A stretch of DNA of 58,611 nucleotides from Candidatus Magasanikiibacteriota bacterium (GTDB lineage: Bacteria; Patescibacteriota; Patescibacteriia; Magasanikbacterales; UBA922). Shown in pieces: positions 1 to 8,310 of the stretch. The notes beneath the pieces are model-generated. The model was not told the DNA's origin. It did no database searches and worked only from the letters and a program-made list of their open reading frames with translations. The stretch is taken from NCBI GenBank assembly GCA_043809645.1, contig JBDROX010000028.1:1-58611 (forward strand). The letters are read 5' to 3'. Every line of letters starts with the position of its first letter. Position 1 is the first letter of the stretch. Both the position numbers and the translations under genes were made by a program.

Positions 1-96
1 GGAAAAGGGTATAAGTATAATCCAAATTTTGATGGTGATGTGGAGCAGGAGTATCTTCCAGAACAACTCAGGGGAAGAAACTACCTTGGAAGGTAG
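1..96 (+). CDS. C-terminal fragment of a RarA/MgsA-like AAA+ ATPase (gene begins upstream of the window)
   Basis: Frame 1 is open from nt 1 to TAG 94-96. GKGYKYNPNFDGDVEQEYLPEQL resembles the conserved RarA C-terminal G.GY.Y...Q.YLP motif. Only 31 codons are visible. Confidence 0.35.
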   Translation, partial: GKGYKYNPNFDGDVEQEYLPEQLRGRNYLGR

Positions 97-97
97 T

Positions 98-796
98 TTA
101 TTTTTTCATTTTTAGTCTTATCATTGTGAGGAAGAAACCAATGATATCTTTTTTTGAAAGTTTCGTTTTACCTTTTTTTCTGTCAATAAAGGTGACTGGA
201 ACTTCTTTTATTTTGCATCCTGCTTTTTGAATTCTGTACAGGAGTTCTTCCTGAAATGCGTAGCCACTACTTTTGATTGTACCCAGGTCAATTTTTTCAA
301 ACACTTCTTTCTTTAAACACCTGAATCCTGCAGTAACATCTCTGGTTTTTAGTCCAAGGAGTGTTCTCGACAGTAACATTGCTCCTCCGCTCATCATTTC
401 TCGAACGGGTCCCCAGCCAATAATTTTTCCTCCTGAAATCTTTCTCGAACCAATGGAAACGTCTGAGTCACAGCAGGTATCTAGAAGTTTCGAAAGATCC
501 TTCGGGTCATGAGAAAAGTCTGCATCCATCTGAAAGATGTGTGAGGCTCCCATCTCGAATGCCTTCTTGAAGCCTACTATGTAGGCACTTCCAATACCAA
601 GCTTCTCTTTCCTTTTTAAAAGTGTGAGTGGAAAAACATCTGAAAGTCTATTAACTACATTAGCTGTACCATCAGGTGAATTATCGTCGACAACAATAAT
701 CTCAAGATTTTGTATACCTTGATCGAAGATTTGTTTTATGAGGTCTTCAATATTCTCTTTCTCATTGTATGTTGGAATAACGATGATCGGGTGCAT
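98..796 (-). CDS. GT2 glycosyltransferase, polyprenol/dolichol-phosphate mannosyltransferase-like
   Basis: 232-aa ORF. Has IVIPTYNE...VVDDNSPDGT and a QMDADFSHDP (DxD) motif typical of Dpm1/Ppm1-like GT2 enzymes. Confidence 0.85.
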   Translation of the reverse strand: MHPIIVIPTYNEKENIEDLIKQIFDQGIQNLEIIVVDDNSPDGTANVVNRLSDVFPLTLLKRKEKLGIGSAYIVGFKKAFEMGASHIFQMDADFSHDPKDLSKLLDTCCDSDVSIGSRKISGGKIIGWGPVREMMSGGAMLLSRTLLGLKTRDVTAGFRCLKKEVFEKIDLGTIKSSGYAFQEELLYRIQKAGCKIKEVPVTFIDRKKGKTKLSKKDIIGFFLTMIRLKMKK

Positions 797-801
797 AGAG
801 C

Positions 802-1932
802 GTGGACAAATTCGCGCACATTGACTATAGTAGATATATGAAAAATCAACAGTATAAAATCTATTCTACAACGAAATCAGCTTGGAACGCAATGTACAGA
901 GCAGTTTCGGATGCAAAAGAATCAATTTACTGGGAGATGTATATTTTTATGGATGATGACGCTGGAAAAAGATTTTATGATAAATTTGAGGAAAAGTCAA
1001 AGAGTGGAGTGGACGTAAAACTTGTTGTTGATGCGCTTGGAAGTTTTTGGGTTTCAAAAAGGAGAATTCAGTCGATGAAGAAAGCAGGGGTAGAACTTAT
1101 TTTTTTCAACGAGAGAAAGAAGAAATATCGAGGGCTTTGGAAGATGTTGTTGTCTAGAACCCACAGAAAGATTCTGATCATTGATGAGAATATAGGTTTC
1201 ATCGGCGGGGTTAATATTAGACAAGATATGCAGGACTGGCCGGACCTCCTTATACGTCTTGATGGGAAGGCGGTACATTCTCTGCTTCGAGCCTTTGCAA
1301 AAAATTATATTATCTCTGGTGGAAGTAAAAAAAAGGTTAAACATCTATTAACATATAAATTTCGTGTTGCACGTGACAAAGAAGATTTTGAATTTATCTA
1401 TGATGATGGTGGTAGTAAGAAATCTAAATCAAGAAAAATTTATACTGAAGCCCTATTCAAAGCACGAGAACGTGTTATTCTTTTTTCTCCATATTATTTT
1501 CCGGATAGAGAATTTCTAAAAGCACTCTGGGCTGCAAAGAAGCGTGGTATTCGCGTTGATCTTCTCATTCCGTATAGAACAGATCTTCGTATTGCGACCT
1601 ATCTCGCGTATGGACTTTTTTCAGTGCTTTACAAGCACGGAGTTAGCATCCATATGTCAAAGAACATGATGCATGGAAAGGGTGTGATAGTTGACGATGA
1701 CTGGGCGATGGTTGGAAGTAGTAATATTGATCAGATCAGTTTTTATGATAATTACGAGGCCAATGTACGGGTACGAAATAAGAAGTTTGTGAGGAATCTA
1801 AAATTCACTGTGCTAGGCTGGATCAAGAAGGCGGAGAAGTTTAATCTTAAACATCATCAGAAAAGGGGAAAAATCTCGAAAATGAAAGAATGGTTTGCGC
1901 TCCGGCTTGCGAGGATTTGGAGTAGGAGGTAA
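802..1932 (+). CDS. Phospholipase D family / cardiolipin-synthase-like protein
   Basis: Two HKD motifs (HRKILIIDENIGFIGGVNI and HGKGVIVDDDWAMVGSSNID). The start may be the ATG at 838 instead of the GTG at 802. Confidence 0.85.
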   Translation: MDKFAHIDYSRYMKNQQYKIYSTTKSAWNAMYRAVSDAKESIYWEMYIFMDDDAGKRFYDKFEEKSKSGVDVKLVVDALGSFWVSKRRIQSMKKAGVELIFFNERKKKYRGLWKMLLSRTHRKILIIDENIGFIGGVNIRQDMQDWPDLLIRLDGKAVHSLLRAFAKNYIISGGSKKKVKHLLTYKFRVARDKEDFEFIYDDGGSKKSKSRKIYTEALFKARERVILFSPYYFPDREFLKALWAAKKRGIRVDLLIPYRTDLRIATYLAYGLFSVLYKHGVSIHMSKNMMHGKGVIVDDDWAMVGSSNIDQISFYDNYEANVRVRNKKFVRNLKFTVLGWIKKAEKFNLKHHQKRGKISKMKEWFALRLARIWSRR

Positions 1933-1936
1933 GTCT

Positions 1937-2368
1937 TTACTTTTTAATAATAATGCTTCTTTTAGATTTGGTGACGTGTTCTATAGACACGTTTTTTGTT
2001 TCCTTATTTTTTATAAGCTTCCCAATTTTTTCTGGCCATTCGATGACAATGACAGTGTTAGAGTTTCCAAGATAATCTTCAATTCCAATTTCAGTAAGAT
2101 CTTTTTCACTTTCTAGTCGATATGTGTCGATATGAACAAGCTTTTGTATGTTTGCTTGCTCTACGTCATATACATTCATGAGAGAGAATGTAGGACTTGT
2201 AATATCGTCGTTAATATTCAGGCCCTGTGCTAGGCCTTTTACAAACGTTGTCTTTCCTGCACCTAGATCTCCGTGCAGTAAAACAATGTCACCGCCACGA
2301 AGTGTGGAAGCAAATTCAGATGCCGCTTGCATTGTTTCCTCTGCAGAGGAAGTTGTTCGTCCTTTCAT
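1937..2368 (-). CDS. tsaE: tRNA t6A37 biosynthesis ATPase TsaE
   Basis: P-loop LHGDLGAGKTTFVKG, with length and layout typical of TsaE. I chose the ATG at 2368 (MKGRTT...), which abuts the glyA stop, not the longer 2479 ORF that overlaps glyA. Confidence 0.85.
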   Translation of the reverse strand: MKGRTTSSAEETMQAASEFASTLRGGDIVLLHGDLGAGKTTFVKGLAQGLNINDDITSPTFSLMNVYDVEQANIQKLVHIDTYRLESEKDLTEIGIEDYLGNSNTVIVIEWPEKIGKLIKNKETKNVSIEHVTKSKRSIIIKK

Positions 2369-2369
2369 A

Positions 2370-3644
2370 CTATGATGGAAGAGGAAACGAGCCGCACATC
2401 TCTTCAACTTCACTTCTAATCTGTTTGAGATGATTCTCATTGTTGTTATGTGATAATGCATTGTGAATAAATTTTGCAATAGTTTTCATTTCTTTTTCTT
2501 TCATACCGCGGGTCGTAAGTGCTGGGGTTCCCATTCTGATGCCAGATGGGTCAAATGGTTTTCTTGTGTCGTGGGGAACAGTATTCTTATTGACTGTAAT
2601 CCCCGCCTTTCCAAGAGCGTCTTCTCCTTGTTTCCCAGACATGTTTTTATTGCCAAGGTTGATGAGGAGAAGATGTGTTTGTGTTCCACCAGTTACTAGG
2701 TCATATCCATGGCTCAGAAATTCATCTGCAAGAACTTTTGCATTTTTCACAATCTGCTCTGCATAGGTTTTGAATTCAGGTTGCATTGCCTCCTTCAGCG
2801 CTACAGCGATGGCTGCTGTCTGATGATTGTGTGGGCCGCCCTGAATTCCAGGGATGATCGCTCTGTCAACAAGTGTTGGAATATTTTCTTTTCTTCGCTC
2901 TACCGCTTTGAGTGGGGTTGATGAATTTCCATTACACAGAATCATGGCACCACGTGGTCCACGGAGTGTTTTGTGTGTTGTAGTCGTCACAACGTCAGCT
3001 ATTCCCACAGGATTTGGGTGTTGATTTCCTGCAACGAGACCTGCGACGTGCGCCATGTCTGCGAGATGAAATGCCCCAACTTCATCAGCAATTTCCTGAT
3101 ACTTTTCCCATTCGTATTGCTGAGGATATGCACTGCCACCAGAGACAATGAGTTTTGGTTTGTGCTCTAGAGCAAGGCGCCTCATTTCATCTACATCAAT
3201 GAAACCATCTTCTCGACAGCCATACTGAATTGAGTTATAGATTTTTCCAGAAAAGTTAAGTTTGAGTCCATGTGTCATGTGTCCGCCGTGAAAGAGTTTG
3301 AGTCCCATGACAGTGTCACCTGGATCAACAAGGGCAAAGTAGATTGCAAAATTTGCAGGGCAGCCAGAGTGAGGCTGGACATTTGCATGGTCGGCGTGGA
3401 AAAGTTCTTTTGCACGATCACGTGCGAGATTTTCTACTGCATCAACATTCCCGCATCCGCCATAGTAGCGCATGCCAGGATACCCTTCGGAATATTTATC
3501 CGTGAGTCTACTGCCAAGCGCTTCAAGGACTGCGGGAGATGTGTGATTCTCTGATGGGATCATCTCGAGTCCTTCTGTTTGTCTTTTAATTTCTTTTTGA
3601 ATAAGGTTATATATTTTGGGGTCTTGTTGCTGTAGGTTTGTCAT
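2370..3644 (-). CDS. glyA: Serine hydroxymethyltransferase
   Basis: 424-aa ORF with canonical SHMT motifs (SENHTSPAVLEA, YYGGC, TTTTHKTLRGPRG). Confidence 0.97.
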   Translation of the reverse strand: MTNLQQQDPKIYNLIQKEIKRQTEGLEMIPSENHTSPAVLEALGSRLTDKYSEGYPGMRYYGGCGNVDAVENLARDRAKELFHADHANVQPHSGCPANFAIYFALVDPGDTVMGLKLFHGGHMTHGLKLNFSGKIYNSIQYGCREDGFIDVDEMRRLALEHKPKLIVSGGSAYPQQYEWEKYQEIADEVGAFHLADMAHVAGLVAGNQHPNPVGIADVVTTTTHKTLRGPRGAMILCNGNSSTPLKAVERRKENIPTLVDRAIIPGIQGGPHNHQTAAIAVALKEAMQPEFKTYAEQIVKNAKVLADEFLSHGYDLVTGGTQTHLLLINLGNKNMSGKQGEDALGKAGITVNKNTVPHDTRKPFDPSGIRMGTPALTTRGMKEKEMKTIAKFIHNALSHNNNENHLKQIRSEVEEMCGSFPLPS

Positions 3645-3656
3645 ATTTTTAAATAA

Positions 3657-3738
3657 AATAGAACACGAATAAAAATAATTAAACGAATAATAACGAATTT
3701 GTTTAAACCCATTTAATCCGTCAGATTCGTGTTCTATT
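3657..3738. repeat. 14-bp perfect inverted repeat (AATAGAACACGAAT / ATTCGTGTTCTATT) with a 54-nt spacer carrying three ACGAAT(A/T) direct repeats
   Basis: Read directly. The arms are at 3657-3670 and 3725-3738. The element lies between the NUDIX stop and the glyA start. Confidence 0.8.
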
Positions 3739-3764
3739 GAAATTCAAGTGTCTCAAAAATCATG

Positions 3765-4175
3765 TTATTCGTTTTCTTTAATATAATCTTCGATTATCTC
3801 TCTGACATTTGGTGCACAGTTTTCTTGCAGGTTGTGTATGTCGTACCAGCCCCATTCGATCACTTCCTCGCCAGGCCGCACTTCTCCAATCCTTTTTGCA
3901 AGATAATGTGCAAGGATTGCGAGTTTGTCTTCTGCTTGTGGCCTTTTGACAGCCAATGTCCGAAGTGGTCTGATTATTTCAAGATAAACCCCCATTTCTT
4001 CCACAACCTCTCTTTTGCATGTTTCCTAAAGTGTCTGCGAAAAATCTTCAATCATACCGCCAGGGAACATGAAGATTGTTTCACCATGAGGTTTCTTTTC
4101 TCTGTTCAACAGAACTTTACAGTCTTCAATGATGACTGGCTCTGATGCAATAATTGTGTTTGGTGGGAGGTACAT
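3765..4175 (-). pseudogene. NUDIX hydrolase interrupted by one in-frame TAG (4026-4028)
   Basis: ATG at 4175, then 49 codons (MYLPPNTIIASEPVIIEDCKVLLNREKKPHGETIFMFPGGMIEDFSQTL), then TAG. The same frame continues as ETCKREVVEEMGV..., so the REvvEEmGv core of the Nudix box sits just after the stop. The listed 79-aa ORF 3765-4004 is the C-terminal part. Confidence 0.6.
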
Positions 4176-4187
4176 GCGTTACTTCTC

Positions 4188-5429
4188 TTATTCTCCTTTT
4201 AGTTTCGCCATTTCCATTTTGCATGCCTGTAGAGCCAGGTCCAATTCTTTATTCCTTAATTTAAGTTTATTTCTTTCACGCATAATACGAATGGTTTCTT
4301 CGTTTCTAGCTTGAAATAATTCTTGAAAATTATCAATTGGATTACTGGATTCTCTCCACCGTTTGTTCTGTTCTTTTTTGTATTTGTACGATCGTATGTC
4401 AGCCTCGCGTCTGAGAGCACCCATCAGTTGCCATGCTGCGACCATTGGGCTTTGTGGTGGTGTGTCAAAGTTTTTGTATAGCTCCTCCGGGTTTGTAGTT
4501 TGTTGGCTATCCGTATCCGTGATCGCCCCAAGTGTGGCACCTCCGGATGCAACGTATGATCTTAGTTCCCATCCCTCAGGGATTTGCTCTTGCTCAGAAT
4601 CTTCAAGATCATTGATATCCTCCGTCAATCTTTTAAAATGACGTTCTAATTCCTCTCTAGATAATAAGTCTTTGTGATCTACCTCTCCAAAAATATCGTT
4701 ATTCAATTCATTGAAAAGTTCAATAAGCCTTGTTCCTTGTTTTTCACTTGCACCATATTTTTCTCGATAAAATGTTATAGTTGCAGCCTCATCTCCAAAA
4801 AGTTGTTCTATTTGGTCGGCATGAATAACTTGCTCGAGGTCCACATCTGAATCTATAAGGATGCTGTATTCATCACCACCATCTCTACTTACTTCTACGA
4901 CTGGTTTCCTTTCTAGGCCCTGCACAGCACTTATCCTTTTTAATACTTCTCGAATTGCCTTGCTTACTTCTGTTTGTGCAATATGGGCGACACGTCGCAG
5001 GTATTCGTCACCTTTGGCGTGGGATTTAGTAGCGTCATTAACAGCTTTGAGACCACGCACATCAAAGGAAAGGAGTGCGAGCTTGCTTGCGTTTTTCTTT
5101 AGCCCACCGTCCCTGTCTCGCATCTTAATTATTCTGCGTACGATTTCTTCATTCATCTTTTCTCTTGTCATTGCTCTAGTGAGATAGTCACGAGAAGAGA
5201 GCCTATGAAGGAGTATCTGATACTCTTGATCAGAGAAGTGTTGACGATTTGGGTCCTGATCACGCAGTGCTTCTACCTTTGCAGCCACTTCTTCAATTGG
5301 AGTAATTTGTGCCTCACCTTCACCTTCAATCGCCTCTATGCATGCTAATGTATATTCTTTTGGCGAAAGAATCTCCTGATTTGTTGACTCAATTTCTCGT
5401 GGAGATCCTCCAAATTCTGATTGTGACAT
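4188..5429 (-). CDS. Divergent GGDEF-like nucleotide cyclase domain protein with acidic N-terminus and coiled-coil C-terminus
   Basis: RDYLTRAMTRE...LALLSFDVRGLKAVNDATKSHAKGDEYLRRVA...VSRDGGDEYSILI matches the D.LT..NR / DiD.FK.iND..GH..GD..L / R.GGDEF pattern. The site reads GGDEY. Confidence 0.55.
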   Translation of the reverse strand: MSQSEFGGSPREIESTNQEILSPKEYTLACIEAIEGEGEAQITPIEEVAAKVEALRDQDPNRQHFSDQEYQILLHRLSSRDYLTRAMTREKMNEEIVRRIIKMRDRDGGLKKNASKLALLSFDVRGLKAVNDATKSHAKGDEYLRRVAHIAQTEVSKAIREVLKRISAVQGLERKPVVEVSRDGGDEYSILIDSDVDLEQVIHADQIEQLFGDEAATITFYREKYGASEKQGTRLIELFNELNNDIFGEVDHKDLLSREELERHFKRLTEDINDLEDSEQEQIPEGWELRSYVASGGATLGAITDTDSQQTTNPEELYKNFDTPPQSPMVAAWQLMGALRREADIRSYKYKKEQNKRWRESSNPIDNFQELFQARNEETIRIMRERNKLKLRNKELDLALQACKMEMAKLKGE

Positions 5430-5469
5430 ATTATTTTTATATAAAATCTAGACTTAGTATACATTGTAT

Positions 5470-5496
5470 AAAAAAAAAGAAAAGCGATATGCTTTC
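5470..5496 (-). terminator. Intrinsic terminator of the GC-rich small-ORF unit
   Basis: On the minus strand, a GAAAGC-loop-GCTTT(T)C hairpin is followed by a T9 run (A9 at 5470-5478 on the plus strand). Confidence 0.55.
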
Positions 5497-5508
5497 TTAT
5501 GAAGGGGT

Positions 5509-5574
5509 GTGCCGTCGCTTCCTCCTCCTGTTGTTGGGGTTAGTGGTTCGGGTGAACCGTGGAAGCGACGGCAC
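5509..5574 (-). repeat. 14-bp perfect inverted repeat (GTGCCGTCGCTTCC / GGAAGCGACGGCAC) with 38-nt loop containing a nested GGTTC-GGGT-GAACC hairpin
   Basis: Read directly. It lies immediately 3' of the small GC-rich ORF on the minus strand. Confidence 0.8.
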
Positions 5575-5601
5575 GTGGTGCCGACAGCGATCTTGATAGG
5601 A

Positions 5602-5766
5602 CTAGCTCTCATGATGCTTGTCCTTGTTGTCGTCGTCGTCCGTGCGGATGCACGGGTTGAAGCAGACCCTACCCTCGGTAGGAATGCGTCTCCTGATCGG
5701 CACGTAGGTGAAGGAATGGTCGTCCTTCGTCTCCTGATCGCCCTTGTCGGGCAGGTACGGAGGCAT
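5602..5766 (-). CDS. Small (54 aa) acidic/basic protein of unknown function encoded in a GC-rich island
   Basis: ATG at 5766 is preceded by AAAGGAGGAAGG at 5-nt spacing. The product is MPPYLPDKGDQETKDDHSFTYVPIRRRIPTEGRVCFNPCIRTDDDDNKDKHHES. Third codon positions are about 80% G/C, as in a high-GC coding frame. The overlapping plus-strand ORF has T-rich third positions. Confidence 0.45.
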   Translation of the reverse strand: MPPYLPDKGDQETKDDHSFTYVPIRRRIPTEGRVCFNPCIRTDDDDNKDKHHES

Positions 5767-5909
5767 AGCCTTCCTCCTTTGCGTGGTGGACACAATTATC
5801 CATAATTAGTAGACCATAGCCAGCAAAATGTGTCAAGCCACTTGTCCCCATTCTGTCTCTATGGAGCAAAAAAGTCGGATTTTTGACAGCTCATATTTTA
5901 TTATATTTT

Positions 5910-7541
5910 TTAAATTGTTTTCACCATGTACGTCCCTTTCTTCCTGTATGCAAGCTTTCGGTAGTATCCTCGTACACCAACGCCAGAAATCACGGCAATA
6001 TGTTTAAAGTCGTGGGTTTTTGCAATTCTCTCAGCTTCTGCGACAAGCTTTTTTCCAAGACCTTTGTGTTGACTTGCCGATGTGTCTTGTTTGCCAATCC
6101 CAACGAGCTGTCCGTAGGTGTGAAGTTCGCGAATGAATGCCAAAGATTGAAGATTAAAGATTAAGGATTGTATTGATGGTAATCGTAAACGAAGAAAACC
6201 GAAGACGGCGTTTCTACCTTCGTCTTCGAAGCTGAGGAAGTATTCTGTTCCGCCGGTTGTTTTGTATTGTTCAGTGAAAAGTTTTAGAGTTTTAGAGTTG
6301 CAGCGTTCTGATTTTACGTGACCTACTTCACGGCAGCGTAGGCACTGGCATTGTTTCCCTTGTTTTTGTAATTCCTTGGCAAGTGCTTCGCGAAGATTCG
6401 TTATTTTATTTCCTGCAGAGATTTCATCTGTTGGGATGTCCCGAATTAGCCTAGATATTCGACAGTAGCGCGGTGTTGCAAGTTTCATTGCAAGGAGTGC
6501 TTTGAAAAGTTCCTTATCTCCGTACGGCTTGTACCTACCATCCTCGAGCCATTCATGAAGCACTGCAGACTTGATGACTGTGTTTGGGTAAATCTTCACC
6601 ATGTCTGGCTTGAAGCCTGGGTCTGCAAAAAGTGATTCATACATTTCTACATCATGCTCTGGAGTCGTGCCGGGGAGGTCTGGCATGAAGTGGAGATCAA
6701 CCTTGAATCCAGCACTTCGCAGGAGGAGCATTGCATCTTTGAACTGTTGAACTGTGTGCCCACGTTTGACTAGATGTAGTATTCGATCATCTGGTGCCTG
6801 CAATCCTAGCTCGATTCGTGTACAACCTTGTTTCCTCATATAAAGAATTGTTTTTTCAGAGACTGCATCCGGTCTTGTTTCGAGCGTGAGACCGATAATC
6901 TTGTATATTGCTTTTTTATCGTTATATTCCTGCTCAATATCAATAAGCTTCTGGAGTTCTTCAATTGTTTTGTTTTTATAGTCATCGAGGCACCCCACTT
7001 GTTTCCTACGAGAGAGGTTATTGCATGCTTTGAAGGATTCGATAATAAACCAGTACTGATATTTGATTGGATATGCATTCCATGTTCCACCTTTGATAAT
7101 ATATTCAATCTTGTCGCATGGGTGTCCATTGCTCTCGAGCATTTTTATTCTTCGCTGCATCATGAAGTATGGATCGAATTTGAGACTCAACGCACGCGCT
7201 GCTGCAGGTTCGCTGGCCAGGTAGCTCTTTGGCATTCTGGCTTCTGTAGGGCAGTAGACACATTGTCCTGGACAGGCATAGGGTTTTGTTAGTGATGTGA
7301 TGACGGCAATCCCAGAGAGGGTTCTGATATCAGCTTTGCGCATGAGAAGGAGGAAGTTTTTGTTTGGTTCAATTCTTTTCTTTTTCACTAAACTCTGGTA
7401 CGCTTTCAGGAGTTCTCTGTTCGAAGGTTGCTGAGTTTTGATCTTCCCACAGACTTTGCGTTTTGCATTATCAAAATCAACCTTCGTTATTGGAGACATT
7501 TCAATAATTTTTTCTATAATTTGTTCTATTTCATTCTCCAC
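5910..7541 (-). CDS. elp3: Elp3-type radical SAM / GNAT tRNA wobble-uridine modification enzyme
   Basis: 543 aa. Has the radical SAM CxxxCxxC motif (CPGQCVYCPTE), the FLSFED...GFLRLRLP...IRELHTYG linker, and a C-terminal GNAT domain (QHKGLGKKLVAEAE). The start is GTG at 7541. Confidence 0.9.
   Translation of the reverse strand: MENEIEQIIEKIIEMSPITKVDFDNAKRKVCGKIKTQQPSNRELLKAYQSLVKKKRIEPNKNFLLLMRKADIRTLSGIAVITSLTKPYACPGQCVYCPTEARMPKSYLASEPAAARALSLKFDPYFMMQRRIKMLESNGHPCDKIEYIIKGGTWNAYPIKYQYWFIIESFKACNNLSRRKQVGCLDDYKNKTIEELQKLIDIEQEYNDKKAIYKIIGLTLETRPDAVSEKTILYMRKQGCTRIELGLQAPDDRILHLVKRGHTVQQFKDAMLLLRSAGFKVDLHFMPDLPGTTPEHDVEMYESLFADPGFKPDMVKIYPNTVIKSAVLHEWLEDGRYKPYGDKELFKALLAMKLATPRYCRISRLIRDIPTDEISAGNKITNLREALAKELQKQGKQCQCLRCREVGHVKSERCNSKTLKLFTEQYKTTGGTEYFLSFEDEGRNAVFGFLRLRLPSIQSLIFNLQSLAFIRELHTYGQLVGIGKQDTSASQHKGLGKKLVAEAERIAKTHDFKHIAVISGVGVRGYYRKLAYRKKGTYMVKTI
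6143..6170 (-). repeat. In-frame 7-nt tandem repeat (AAGATTR x4 on the plus strand) inside elp3
   Basis: AAGATTG AAGATTA AAGATTA AGGATTG. It encodes QSLIFNLQSL in the variable linker before IRELH. Confidence 0.8.
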
Positions 7542-7545
7542 ACGT

Positions 7546-8229
7546 ATGGATTATATTCAGAAAAATAAGGATGCGTATAATAAGATCTCAAAGCCATTTG
7601 CCAGCACTCGGCTCATTCTTTGGGATGATCTGATTCCTCTGAAGCAGTATACCAAAGAAGGGGATAGGGTGCTCGATGTTGGCTGCGGAACTGGTCGATT
7701 GTACCAGCTTTTTGATGGTTTGTCCATCCGTTATACTGGTATTGACCAGAGTGAAGGGCAGCTCAAATTTGCGAAAAAAGACTATTCTAAGGGAGAATTT
7801 TTACCAGCAGAAATGACGAGTGTTCCTTTTGGCGATAGTGAATTTGATGTGGTGTACTGCATTGCGACACTTCACCATCTTCCGGATGAAGAAATGAGGA
7901 AAGCTTCACTAGAAGAAATGAAACGAGTGTTGAAGCCTGGTGGGCGAGTAATTTTGACCAACTGGAATTTAGATTCTGACTGGGTCGCAGGGAAGATGAG
8001 AGATGGAGACTGGAAAAGAGATGGTGATCACTTTGACATTCCATTTCAAACTGGTGATAAGAAGATTCATGGGTGGAGACATTATTGGAGACTTACATTT
8101 GAATATTTAGAAAAACTATTCAGAGAAGTAGGGCTTGAAACCGAACACCAATATTATTCAACTCGTGGGAAGGAAACAGATATTAAAATTGGGGATAATA
8201 TTGTCTCAATTTTGAGGCTTAAAAATTGA
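7546..8229 (+). CDS. Class I SAM-dependent methyltransferase, Trm9-like
   Basis: VLDVGCGTGRL motif I, FDVVYCIATLHHLPDEE, LKPGGRVILTNW and a later RHYWRLTFEYLEKLF resemble Trm9/ALKBH8-type methyltransferases. The ATG at 7546 is 4 nt from the elp3 start on the other strand. Confidence 0.7.
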   Translation: MDYIQKNKDAYNKISKPFASTRLILWDDLIPLKQYTKEGDRVLDVGCGTGRLYQLFDGLSIRYTGIDQSEGQLKFAKKDYSKGEFLPAEMTSVPFGDSEFDVVYCIATLHHLPDEEMRKASLEEMKRVLKPGGRVILTNWNLDSDWVAGKMRDGDWKRDGDHFDIPFQTGDKKIHGWRHYWRLTFEYLEKLFREVGLETEHQYYSTRGKETDIKIGDNIVSILRLKN

Positions 8230-8310
8230 AGATCTGGAGGTACTCAACCCTAGTAGTTTTGTGTTATACTTCTATTGAGTCGTGTTATGTGACTCGTGTC
8301 TTGTAAACTT

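Noticed and set aside
4026-4028. Alternative genetic code (TAG sense, or UGA=Gly as in some CPR lineages)
   Set aside because: Long conserved genes read cleanly under the standard code with TGA, TAA and TAG all used as terminators. The Nudix TAG is isolated.
3765-5429. GGDEF-like protein plus Nudix as a cyclic-nucleotide anti-phage defence system
   Set aside because: There is no recognisable effector (TIR, nuclease, TM pore, SAVED) and no CD-NTase or Pycsar-type cyclase signature, and the Nudix gene is interrupted. The evidence is insufficient.
5509-5805. 98-aa plus-strand ORF (and other overlapping ORFs) in GC-rich island 1
   Set aside because: Third codon positions are T-rich and there is no SD. 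The minus-strand 54-aa frame has GC-rich third positions, a strong SD and a terminator.
8291-8304. 14-nt exact repeat GACTCGTGTCTTGT, also found at 46101-46114 just after the RT stop
   Set aside because: In 58.6 kb, several exact 14-mer matches are expected by chance (about N^2/2 divided by 4^14, roughly 6). There is no extended similarity in the flanks.
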